Source: an uncultured Gammaproteobacteria bacterium
GTDB lineage: Bacteria; Patescibacteriota; Patescibacteriia; UBA2196; GWA2-42-15
Assembly (NCBI GenBank): GCA_964573135.1
Contig: CAZNIO010000002.1
Coordinates: 2,535-66,534, forward strand
Length of the DNA: 64,000 nucleotides
Reading direction: 5' to 3'
The position numbers were made by a program, and so were the translations under genes. The notes under the pieces are model-generated. The model worked only from the letters and a program-made list of their open reading frames with translations, was not told the DNA's origin and did no database searches. Below, one piece after another: positions 33,503-42,131 of the stretch; position 1 is the first letter of the stretch, and the number at the start of each line of letters is the position of its first letter.

Positions 33503-33577
33503 GCCCCGGTAGTTCAATGGACAGAACGGAAGCCTTCTAAGCTTTTGATGTAGGTTCGATTCCTACCCGGGGTACCA
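33503..33577 (+). tRNA. tRNA-Arg(TCT)
   Basis: Acceptor GCCCCGG/CCGGGGT, anticodon arm GAAGC-CT-TCT-AA-GCTTT, encoded CCA. Confidence 0.95.
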
Positions 33578-33687
33578 TCTCACTACATATTCTTTGATAT
33601 ATACTCAAAAACAAATGTTGCCACAAAGGAGTAATCCACAAGCCCATGTCTTTGCATCATTAGTAGGCTAAAGTATAATTAAAGCAT

Positions 33688-34171
33688 ATGCCCCAGGTAA
33701 ATTGCAAAATTTGCAATAAAGAATTCTACATAAGACCATCCCATCAAAAAAACAGGACATGGTAAGTACTGCTCAGCAAAATGTCATCATTTCGGTTTAC
33801 GAACAGGCAAATATGTCAACTGCGACGTTTGCGGGAAAAAAGTATGGAAACAACCAAAAGCTATTAAAAACTCGAAGAGCGGTAAGCTATTTTGCAACAA
33901 AGCCTGCCATATGATTTGGAAAAATAAAAATAGTTTATCAGGCGAAAATCATCCCAATTGGGTTAACGGAGAATTTTCAGGTAGAAGAAGTTTAGAGCGC
34001 TCAAAACGACAAGTTATATGTGTTTTGTGTAGCAATAATGATAAACGACTTTTGGCCGTTCACCATAAAGACCGCAATAGACAGAATAATAAACTTAAAA
34101 ATCTAATCTGGCTTTGTCATAATTGTCATCATTTAGTACATAGATATAATGTTCCCTTAATTTTAGGGTAA
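33688..34171 (+). pseudogene. Zn-finger HNH endonuclease with one extra A in an A7 run
   Basis: MPQVNCKICNKEF.., shift at 33746-33752, then GKYCSAKC..CDVC..FCNKAC..GENHPNW..CVLC..HHKDRNRQNNKLKNLIWLCHNCH. Confidence 0.8.
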
Positions 34172-34178
34172 AATTCAT

Positions 34179-34253
34179 GGTGGTAGTAGCTCAACTGGTT
34201 AGAGCACTGGTTTGTGGTACCAGAGGTAGTGGGTTCAAGTCCCATCTACCACC
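34179..34253 (+). tRNA. tRNA-His(GTG) with encoded G-1
   Basis: Acceptor GTGGTAG/CTACCAC with C73; anticodon arm CTGGT-TT-GTG-GT-ACCAG. Confidence 0.95.
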
Positions 34254-34320
34254 TTTGCCCCTGACATTTGTCGAGGCCAAAGGAGAAAACATCTCCCCTA
34301 TAAAGGGGAGGTGTTTTTTG
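34251..34320 (+). repeat. Direct repeat copy A (palindrome plus terminator) at the tRNA-His 3' end
   Basis: ACCTTTGCCCCTGACATTTGTCGAGGCCAAAGGAGAAAACATCTCCCCTAT; near-identical copy at 35644. Confidence 0.85.
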
Positions 34321-34369
34321 TTTATTCACTAATATTAGCCCAAAAAGTACTATTTAGGCCTATTTACTA

Positions 34370-34398
34370 TTGACAAATTATTCAATATATGCTATACT
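34370..34398 (+). promoter_or_regulatory. Consensus sigma70 promoter
   Basis: TTGACA-17-TATACT with extended -10 TG. Confidence 0.8.
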
Positions 34399-34417
34399 AA
34401 TATAACAATTAAAGATA

Positions 34418-34605
34418 TGTTCATTAACGCTTCCTTCCCGAGTTTATCAATACAATTTGGTAAATTCAGAAAGGAAAATTGCTCTTTAAAAAAACAATAT
34501 AAATAATAGTCCTCCTAGTAGAGCAGTTGATTGGTTTTTCAAATTCCTCCTTTAGGGATTTAAATAGCCAATTAACTATACTTTTCATTAATTTATTAGG
34601 AGGTA
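34418..34605 (+). promoter_or_regulatory. Structured leader: two boxA-like motifs and an SD-sequestering hairpin
   Basis: TGTTCATTAAC (34418), TGCTCTTTAAAA (34480); CCTCCTAGTAG (34511) can pair with TTATTAGGAGG (34593). Confidence 0.55.
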
Positions 34606-34608
34606 ACC

Positions 34609-35004
34609 ATGTGTTATCTAATAATACCTGACAGAGAGTTAATGTTGGAAGGAACAGACCCTTCTGACCGAATTCGCGTGTTTGAATTCGAGAACAAAAA
34701 AAAAGCCATGTCTTGGTTGGAAATCCAGGAATGGTATGAGCGGAAAAAAAGAGTTCCGTTCAATAGTTTAAACGATTTCGGTTGTATGACGCACCAGTTG
34801 TTTCAACCATGGACAACTGAAAATGTTTTTTGGAACGAGTTTGTAGAAAAAACTCCCAAAAAATTAGAAAGAATCAGAGATTGGCCCAGATATTTCAGGT
34901 TTTGTAACGGACCAAGCATCTGGATGTGCGGCATCAAAGCGGCAACTGATGAAGAAGTTCACCGCATACAACAGCTTAACGGCGGGAAAAGCTACTTATT
35001 TTAG
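34609..35004 (+). CDS. Orphan hypothetical protein, 131 aa
   Basis: Strong AGGAGGT SD and its own promoter; no recognisable domain. Confidence 0.75.
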   Translation: MCYLIIPDRELMLEGTDPSDRIRVFEFENKKKAMSWLEIQEWYERKKRVPFNSLNDFGCMTHQLFQPWTTENVFWNEFVEKTPKKLERIRDWPRYFRFCNGPSIWMCGIKAATDEEVHRIQQLNGGKSYLF

Positions 35005-35009
35005 TGGCT

Positions 35010-35555
35010 AAAAATTTTCAAAGGTGAGAAAAACTGCCTTGACTTCGGTCTAAAAATGCGGGTAAGTGTTAAACCCATTAACACAAATAAGGAATTATGA
35101 GTAGCGCCATAATTCAAGGGAGCCTTCCCTGGTATAAAAGAAGGCTAGAACTGCGTGGTGAAGTAGTTCCACCCGTGGCGTCCAATTATTTAATATTGGT
35201 GAACTAACAGATAACTGTTAGAATAAGGTGAAAGGCTATGGCATATAGAGCCTTATGTGACAATTAAATGCCAGAGGCTCTGCCTCATTTTTAAAAAAAG
35301 CGAGATGAAATTTATCTCGCACCCAAAACTAAAAGCACTAAATTTATTAGGAATGGAGAAATTCAAACTAAGTCAATTCCTTTTCTCTATAAATTTATCA
35401 GTATTTATTGGTAGATTTATAAAGAAATTTTCTCCCACCCACTTGGGGGTTGATAGTGATAAAATGATGAACACATTTTAGAGATATTATCTCTCCTTTG
35501 CTATCACTCCTAGATGAATGAGAGAAACAAAAGCAGCCTGTTACGGCTGTTTTTT
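35010..35555 (+). ncRNA. Putative structured non-coding RNA(s), family unknown, ending in a terminator
   Basis: Ten or more consecutive stems with G-U pairs favouring the + strand, a 5-way junction, a candidate pseudoknot and the terminator GCAGCC-TGTTAC-GGCTGTTTTTT. Confidence 0.55.
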
Positions 35556-35643
35556 AATTAATAAAGAATTTATGTGACACTGTGAGGATATAAATACATT
35601 CACTTTGTCGCTCTAAAATAGTCCCAACATCCTCCACTATGCG

Positions 35644-35708
35644 ACCTTTGCCCTTGACATTTGTCGAGGCCAAAGGAGAAGACCTCTCCCCTATTAGGAG
35701 ATTTTTTG
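35644..35708 (+). repeat. Direct repeat copy B
   Basis: ACCTTTGCCCTTGACATTTGTCGAGGCCAAAGGAGAAGACCTCTCCCCTAT. Confidence 0.85.
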
Positions 35709-35753
35709 ATTGTGTCTTAATTATAAATCAAACTAATATGGTATAATTTATGC

Positions 35754-36467
35754 ATGAATAAATATAAATTTAAAGATAATCTCACCGAAGGTATTATAAC
35801 CTCAAGGCCAAATCGTTTTATAATGCTGGTTAATTTTAATGGTAAAATTGAAGAAGCTCATTGTCCATCCACCGGCAAAATAGGAAACATAGAGTTTAAT
35901 AATATTCCATGCTTGGTCTCAAAAAGTAATAATAAAAATAGACGCACTAAATATACCGTGGAAGCCATCTCCTTGGATAATCCAAATAAAAAAGAAAAGT
36001 CATGGATTGGCATCAACCAAAATAGAATTAATGAATACGTAAAATTTTTTCTAAGGCAAGGAAGATTTAATAAAATTGTAGGTAACTTTAATCAGCTGAA
36101 AAGAGAAGTGAAATTAGCAAACTCCAGAATAGACTTCCTGCTGGATGATACATTCTTAGAGGTAAAAATGCCGCTCATAACCCTTGCTGGCCAGAACCCT
36201 CAAAAAAATAAATCAAAATTTAATTCCTTCGATCGTTTAATTAAACATTTTGAAGATTTATCTAAAAACACCAGGGCTATTGTTTTATTATGTTATTTAT
36301 ATAATGCCAAACCATTTGAGCCTCCTAAAACTGACAAAACAAACAAAAAAGTTAAATCAGCTGCTTCTAAAGCCATAAAGCAAGGGGTCGAAATGTGGCA
36401 AGCTAACTATTCAATAAATAAAAATAGTGTCTCTCTAGCCAAATATTTTAAACTGGATATTATATGA
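35754..36467 (+). CDS. sfsA: DNA/RNA nuclease SfsA
   Basis: RPNRF, AHCPSTG, REVK..SRIDFLL...LEVK, KHFEDL. Confidence 0.85.
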   Translation: MNKYKFKDNLTEGIITSRPNRFIMLVNFNGKIEEAHCPSTGKIGNIEFNNIPCLVSKSNNKNRRTKYTVEAISLDNPNKKEKSWIGINQNRINEYVKFFLRQGRFNKIVGNFNQLKREVKLANSRIDFLLDDTFLEVKMPLITLAGQNPQKNKSKFNSFDRLIKHFEDLSKNTRAIVLLCYLYNAKPFEPPKTDKTNKKVKSAASKAIKQGVEMWQANYSINKNSVSLAKYFKLDII

Positions 36468-36973
36468 AAAAAATTATATTATACATTGCTCAAAGTTTAG
36501 ATGGGTATGTAGCTACCAAAGATGGTAGTGTTGCTTGGCTTGACGAATTTAATAAGGCAGATTATGGTTATGAAAAATTTATAAAAAATATTGATACTGC
36601 TGTTCAAGGAAACACAACATATGAACAATTCAAATATCTCTATCCTGGAAAGAAAAATTACGTGTTTTCTGAAAACGCTGGTACCCAGTCACAAAAAAAC
36701 GTTATTTTTGTAAAAGGAAACATAAAAAAATTTATAGACGGCCTAGACAAGAAAACACATAAAAATATCTGGCTAGTTGGCGGACCAAATTTATTATCTG
36801 GTTTTTTGAATGAAGGGCAAGTTGACGAGATGATTATCTTTACTATGCCCGTTTTATTAAAAGAAGGTATACCTCTGTTTAGTAATATTAAAAAAGCCCC
36901 CGCTCTTACATTAAAAAATATTAAAAAGCACGATAATGGTGTAGTTGTGCTTCACTATTTGATAAAAAAATAA
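36464..36973 (+). CDS. Dihydrofolate reductase-family (RibD C-terminal) protein
   Basis: YIAQSLDGYVA, GNTTYE, NIWLVGG, PVLLKEGIPLF. Confidence 0.9.
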   Translation: MKKIILYIAQSLDGYVATKDGSVAWLDEFNKADYGYEKFIKNIDTAVQGNTTYEQFKYLYPGKKNYVFSENAGTQSQKNVIFVKGNIKKFIDGLDKKTHKNIWLVGGPNLLSGFLNEGQVDEMIIFTMPVLLKEGIPLFSNIKKAPALTLKNIKKHDNGVVVLHYLIKK

Positions 36974-37145
36974 ATTTCAGATTAAAATAATCTTTGTATT
37001 CCCCCTAATCTTAACCATTAAATTCTCTTTTTCCACTTTATTCAACAATAAATTTATAATATAATTTCGGTTACGACCCCACAAAAAATATCCCCAAAAT
37101 TAGGGATATTTTTTATTTACCCCTAAAGGGAGTTGAACTTTAAAG

Positions 37146-37751
37146 ATGTTTTTTGCTATAATAAAATCTATGACATTTAAAGAAAAAGAATACAGCAATA
37201 AAAAATTTAATAACTTTGATTTTAAGAACCAAAATATAAAAAAAAAGTCTTTTTCTGATTGCCAATTTCAAAATTGTAATTTTACAGAAAGTAATTTTAA
37301 TAATAGTGAATTTTTTAATTGCAAATTCAAAAAATGCAATTTTAGCTTGGCTAAATTTTCAAATTTAAGTCTAAGGGATATAGAATTTGAAAACTGCAAA
37401 TTAGCTGGTATTAAATTTTATGAATGCCAAACAGAACTTCTTGAAATTAAGTTCAACAAATGCCTAATAATGTATTGTAATTTCCTTAACCTAGACTTGA
37501 GAAACACTCTCTTTGTTGAATGTGAAATCAAGGGAACTGATTTTATTGATAATAATCTAACTAAAGCTGATTTTTCAAAATCAATTTTTGATAAAAGTAT
37601 TTTTCATAATGCAAATCTTACTCACGCAAACTTTACTGGAGCAATAAATTACTGCATTAATCCAAAAGATAATATTTTAAAAAAAACAAAATTTTCTAAA
37701 CCAGAAGTTATTTCTTTGCTTCAAACATTGGATATTATTATCGAAGAATAA
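37146..37751 (+). CDS. Pentapeptide repeat protein
   Basis: Tandem F..C.F / L..A.F pentapeptides; true start may be 37170. Confidence 0.9.
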   Translation: MFFAIIKSMTFKEKEYSNKKFNNFDFKNQNIKKKSFSDCQFQNCNFTESNFNNSEFFNCKFKKCNFSLAKFSNLSLRDIEFENCKLAGIKFYECQTELLEIKFNKCLIMYCNFLNLDLRNTLFVECEIKGTDFIDNNLTKADFSKSIFDKSIFHNANLTHANFTGAINYCINPKDNILKKTKFSKPEVISLLQTLDIIIEE

Positions 37752-38037
37752 AATAGTATGAAAGATCCATTCTCTTTACGCCAAGACATTTTTATTACTA
37801 TCCTAAATTTATAATAATTATAATCTATCTAATAAATTACGTGCCAATAAATCAGACTATGAATTGATCAGTAAAAAAATTATGGATGAATTAAATGGGT
37901 ACGAACTAATTGTGCACTCAAGTCTAATACAAAATGATAAAAGCTTGCCAACAGTCTCGATTAATCACCCAATCAAAAAATCTCTCAATAATTTCCGAGA
38001 GATTTTTTGTTTAACTAATTAAACTATCAAAATATTC

Positions 38038-38970
38038 TTATTCTTTATTAAGATGCTCAATAATACAATCAATAATTGCTCCGTTAAAATTCCAATAATC
38101 ATTACCCTCAGATTTTCGATGAGCTATCCCAGGCCTAGAATTTAACTCTAGCAACTTAAATCCTTTTTTGGTATTTATAAAATCAGCCCGAAATATAACA
38201 GGATAAAAACTAGAAACCTTATCTATAATTTTATTTAATATCTCTAATACTTCTTTTGGAATCTCCCCTAAAGGCAAAGAAATGCAACTACCGCCCAATT
38301 TTAGATTAGCTAAATACGACCCCTCTGCTGGCTGCCTAAGAAGTCCAGAGATTATCTTCTTGTTAACCACGATTACACTTATGTCATGCATCCCTTTAAC
38401 AATATTAGGAATGCCCATAGAAGAATCCATAAATTCCTGAATCAAAACATTAGTCCAATCATCATATAAATCTTGCTTTATCTCTTTTTTATCAATAACA
38501 AAAACCCCTCGCCCTTCTTCACCAAATCTTTCTTTCAATACAATCTTATCCCCCTTAATTTTCGCAAAAGAGTTAATAGCCTCTTGATATGAATTAACAA
38601 GTAATGTTTTAATCGCTATAGATGAAAATAATTCAAAAGTTTTCAATTTATCTCGACAGATCTCATCAAAATCTGGATGATTAATTATGGGGCAATCATT
38701 AATTTTTGGGATTGTGTTTAAATTATCTTTATTATAAATCAAGTCAACTTTGATCTTTTCATTTTTAGTAACAAATTTTTCTCCATTCCAAAATGAATAA
38801 TTTTTAAAAAGCCCATTACCTTGATAAGAATAACCTCTAACAACATAGGTATCTACACCCTTCTTTTTTAACTCCTCTATAATCTCTATATAACTTTAGT
38901 AATATTCCTTGTTGTCAAAAGGATAGTCCAGTATTCCAGAAGATGAAAAATAAACTGCTAATCTTTTCAT
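38038..38970 (-). pseudogene. ATP-grasp (RimK-like) gene with a premature TAA at codon 25
   Basis: MKRLAVYFSSSGILDYPFDNKEYY*SYIEI... continues in frame into DKLKT, GEEGRGV, LIQEF, LLELNSRPG. Confidence 0.75.
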
Positions 38971-38999
38971 ATATTTTTTAAATACTACCACTTTCTTTT

Positions 39000-40388
39000 T
39001 TAAAGTATTTTAATTTCAATAGCTTGTTCAGTGCGCCTAACGTCTGACAAAAGAGATGAACGACTTTTATTAAATAAAGTCAAATCAAACACACTCTTCC
39101 CTCCATTTTTGGCATACAAACATTTATCACCAACCTTTTTATGAATATCAATAGTTTCAAAAGATTTTAATTCTTGTATTTTTTTAATGCCTTTAATTTC
39201 AGTAATAACTCCTTCTTCTCTAGCAAAAAATTTCATAGTTTCTGCATAGCCTAAGCATTTCTTGGGGATAATTACCTTTTTAGGTATCCGAATTAAAATG
39301 TCATTTAATTGGTGGTCAATATTAAAGGTTAGCTTATACATCAAGTGTCTAAAGCCACCCATTCTTGGTCCTAGTTCAATTATTTTCCACCCTTCATTTG
39401 TTTTAATTAATTCAATGTGAACAGTGCTATTTCTCAAGCCCATTGCATAAACTGATTTTATAGCCACGCTCTCTGCCTCTTTAATAGCTTCTTTGGTTAA
39501 TGTCGTCGGAGTAATTGCCTTATAACTAAAAAAATCATCAAATCCGATTGAGTGCCCAGTAATAACATGTACTAATGGGCAAAAAGTTATTTCACCTTCA
39601 GCATTAACATAGGCATCAACTGAATACATATCGCCTTCAAAAAATTGCTCAATTAAAATTTCGGGGTCTGTTATTCTGTTGTTCTCTTTATATATTTTTT
39701 TAACTTTTTTGAATGTTTTCTTTAGCGTATCTTCAAGATCTTCCTCGTGAAAACAAATACTAACCAGCAAACTTTGCGCTAACCCAGCCGGCTTGATAAT
39801 TAACGGAAAACCAATATCTTCTTTAATCTGTTTTAGTATTTTTTTACCAGAATTTTTAGCAACTAGAAATTTAGGAGTAATTGTGGAATCGTATAATTTT
39901 AAATGCTGACGCATATCAATCTTATTGATAGACCATCTAAGAGATTCTGCCGTCGGAATTTTTAAATACGGAACATGTGGAATAATTTTTGCGAAGATAG
40001 GAATATTTGACTCTGGGCTTCTACTGGTGATGGCTATCAACTCCTCTTTATATGGCAACAATGCTTCTTCTATTTTTAATGAATTGGTAAAATTACATGG
40101 AATTGCGATATCAACACTTTCAAGTAACTCTTTATCTTGTTGTTTGGTCTTTTTAGAATCAAAAATAATGGCAAATCTAAATTTTTGATTTATCTCTTTG
40201 CCATATTTTTTCAGTGAGTCAATCGTCTGATACGTAACCTCAGGTTTTTCCGTATTAATAAATAAAATAATATTTTTATTTATTAATACATCATCACCAT
40301 CTTCGCCTAAAATATTTTTATCCAGCTTTTTAATTATATTTCTTGCTACTGAACTAGCAGAATTAACAATTTTTTTAGTTTTAATCAT
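39000..40388 (-). CDS. ATP-grasp ligase (L-amino acid ligase-like)
   Basis: NKIDMR, GFPLIIKP, LIEQFFEG..YSVD, HIEL...IIELGPRMGG. Confidence 0.85.
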   Translation of the reverse strand: MIKTKKIVNSASSVARNIIKKLDKNILGEDGDDVLINKNIILFINTEKPEVTYQTIDSLKKYGKEINQKFRFAIIFDSKKTKQQDKELLESVDIAIPCNFTNSLKIEEALLPYKEELIAITSRSPESNIPIFAKIIPHVPYLKIPTAESLRWSINKIDMRQHLKLYDSTITPKFLVAKNSGKKILKQIKEDIGFPLIIKPAGLAQSLLVSICFHEEDLEDTLKKTFKKVKKIYKENNRITDPEILIEQFFEGDMYSVDAYVNAEGEITFCPLVHVITGHSIGFDDFFSYKAITPTTLTKEAIKEAESVAIKSVYAMGLRNSTVHIELIKTNEGWKIIELGPRMGGFRHLMYKLTFNIDHQLNDILIRIPKKVIIPKKCLGYAETMKFFAREEGVITEIKGIKKIQELKSFETIDIHKKVGDKCLYAKNGGKSVFDLTLFNKSRSSLLSDVRRTEQAIEIKIL

Positions 40389-40736
40389 TTTATTTAGTCT
40401 TATTCTATAATAAAAAACTCAACCTCTATGCTGATGGTTGGTTCTTTGAGACACTTTGCGCCTTAATTAAAGACTTTTTAAGCTCTACCCTCTTCCCATT
40501 TTTTATTACTTTGGTCAACTTGCTAGAAATAGTCTCTTTTTTTACTTTTTTATAATTTTTAACCATAAAAAGTTATATATAAAGTGTATCATATCCGAGC
40601 AATAACTCAAGGACTTTAACATATATTTAAAAAAATCAAATTATTAAATTACACACCGATTTCATCGGCAGCTTTCTTGTTTGTTCATCTTTTTCTACCT
40701 TATTTGATAAAATATTTATAATAAAATTTCGCTTAC

Positions 40737-40783
40737 CACCCCATTAAAAAACCAGCGCTAATGCGCTGATTTTTTAATGGGGT
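40737..40783. terminator. Long palindrome / terminator
   Basis: ACCCCATTAAAAA-CAGCGC...GCGCTG-TTTTTAATGGGGT; a degenerate relative lies at about 41667-41710. Confidence 0.6.
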
Positions 40784-40803
40784 CTAATTAAACGGATATT
40801 GAA

Positions 40804-41028
40804 TTATCTTTTATTCTTAAAAAAATATATTATGCTATATATAACAGAAGTTAAAAAATATATAGGAATTATTATTACTGTAATAATAAAAAAAACAGGT
40901 TCCTCTACTTTTAGTAGGCCACTTATTAAATTATGTAATAATATCGAAACAAAGCCAATCACAACAATTAACCATAACTTCTTCCAACTTAACAAAAATA
41001 TTTTTGTAGAGAGTAATGGTTTGCTCAT
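40804..41028 (-). CDS. Small membrane protein
   Basis: Two TM helices, [14 protein letters not shown]. Confidence 0.65.
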   Translation of the reverse strand: MSKPLLSTKIFLLSWKKLWLIVVIGFVSILLHNLISGLLKVEEPVFFIITVIIIPIYFLTSVIYSIIYFFKNKR

Positions 41029-41094
41029 AAGGAATGTATATTAATCAGATATTTGTAATAGGTACGTAAAGCTTTACCTGCTTAATTTATTCTA

Positions 41095-41298
41095 TCAAAT
41101 TGAAATAATAAACAAGATGACTGCAATAATTAAAAAAATAATGCCTAAAACTTTATTAGTAGATTTAGAATCTGAATGTTTGATATGCAGCTTTTTCAAA
41201 CAATAGACATGGAACTTCAATACTTTCTCTGGAAAAAGAATCAAAACCAAACCAGCCACCAGGAAAATAATTGAACGAATAAACATTTGAATGTCCAT
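41095..41298 (-). CDS. Small membrane protein
   Basis: Two TM helices; own extended -10 promoter. Confidence 0.6.
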   Translation of the reverse strand: MDIQMFIRSIIFLVAGLVLILFPEKVLKFHVYCLKKLHIKHSDSKSTNKVLGIIFLIIAVILFIISI

Positions 41299-41325
41299 AG
41301 TTTAAGTATATCAAAAAACCACTTT

Positions 41326-41481
41326 CTAATTTGATTTTCTGTTAAGCAACCCGATTATAATCATCACCAACCCACCAACAACCCAAATTGCTAGTTCAAT
41401 ACCAGTATGCAAGCTCAAACCAACAAAAACCCAAATAAGTCCCAAGATGATATGGATTTGATAAGGAAATTTTCTTTTCAT
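41326..41481 (-). CDS. Small membrane protein, 51 aa (not in the ORF track)
   Basis: MKRKFPYQIHIILGLIWVFVGLSLHTGIELAIWVVGGLVMIIIGLLNRKSN. Confidence 0.55.
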   Translation of the reverse strand: MKRKFPYQIHIILGLIWVFVGLSLHTGIELAIWVVGGLVMIIIGLLNRKSN

Positions 41482-41724
41482 ATTTTTAATTTAATTAATT
41501 ATTAATTAATTTAATTATACCAAAAAACCACCTTAGTTGAAAGATGGGTTTGAAAGTCTATATTATTAAAGATTTGGTATATTTTATCCACACGAAAAAT
41601 GTTTTTTAAAAGTCATTTCTATTGTTTTATTTGAAGTATCTAAAAGGTAACACACTATTCACTTTAGCTTACCACCCCACTAAAAATCATTCCTATCAGA
41701 ATGATTTTTTGATATAATAAAATT

Positions 41725-41991
41725 ATGATAAAAAATATAATCAATTGGATATTTAGCATAGTTTTTCTTACAATCGGCGTATTGAATATATTTTTGGTAC
41801 ATCCTGTTCCGGGAATTTTTTACCTTCTTCTTTCTTTAGTTTACTTGCCTCCAATAAGCACTATTATCAAAAAAAGATTCGACTTCTCAATTCCTTACAT
41901 AGTTAAAATCATCTTGGGTCTTGTTATTCTTTGGGGAACGTTAGCCGTGGGTGAACTTATGGAAATATTTGAAGCCTGGTTGGGGCATTAA
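41725..41991 (+). CDS. Small membrane protein
   Basis: Three TM helices, VHPVPG motif. Confidence 0.7.
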   Translation: MIKNIINWIFSIVFLTIGVLNIFLVHPVPGIFYLLLSLVYLPPISTIIKKRFDFSIPYIVKIILGLVILWGTLAVGELMEIFEAWLGH

Positions 41992-42131
41992 CCCTACTTT
42001 ATTTAATAATCAATTTATAACTAAATTTCTGTTGTGGCCCCACAAAAACGGAAATATTTTTTTGAAAATAAAAGCACACTATGATAAAATTAACCTAATA
42101 AGACAAAAAAATATTAACTATAAATATATCT

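Noticed and set aside
35010-35325. RNase P RNA, tmRNA or group I/II intron
   Set aside because: Lacks GAGGAAAGTCC, tRNA-like ends, P7 GACUA/UAGUC and GUGYG/domain V signatures.
35257-35481. 74-aa ORF in the structured region
   Set aside because: GTG start with no SD, runs through hairpins, no protein-like features.
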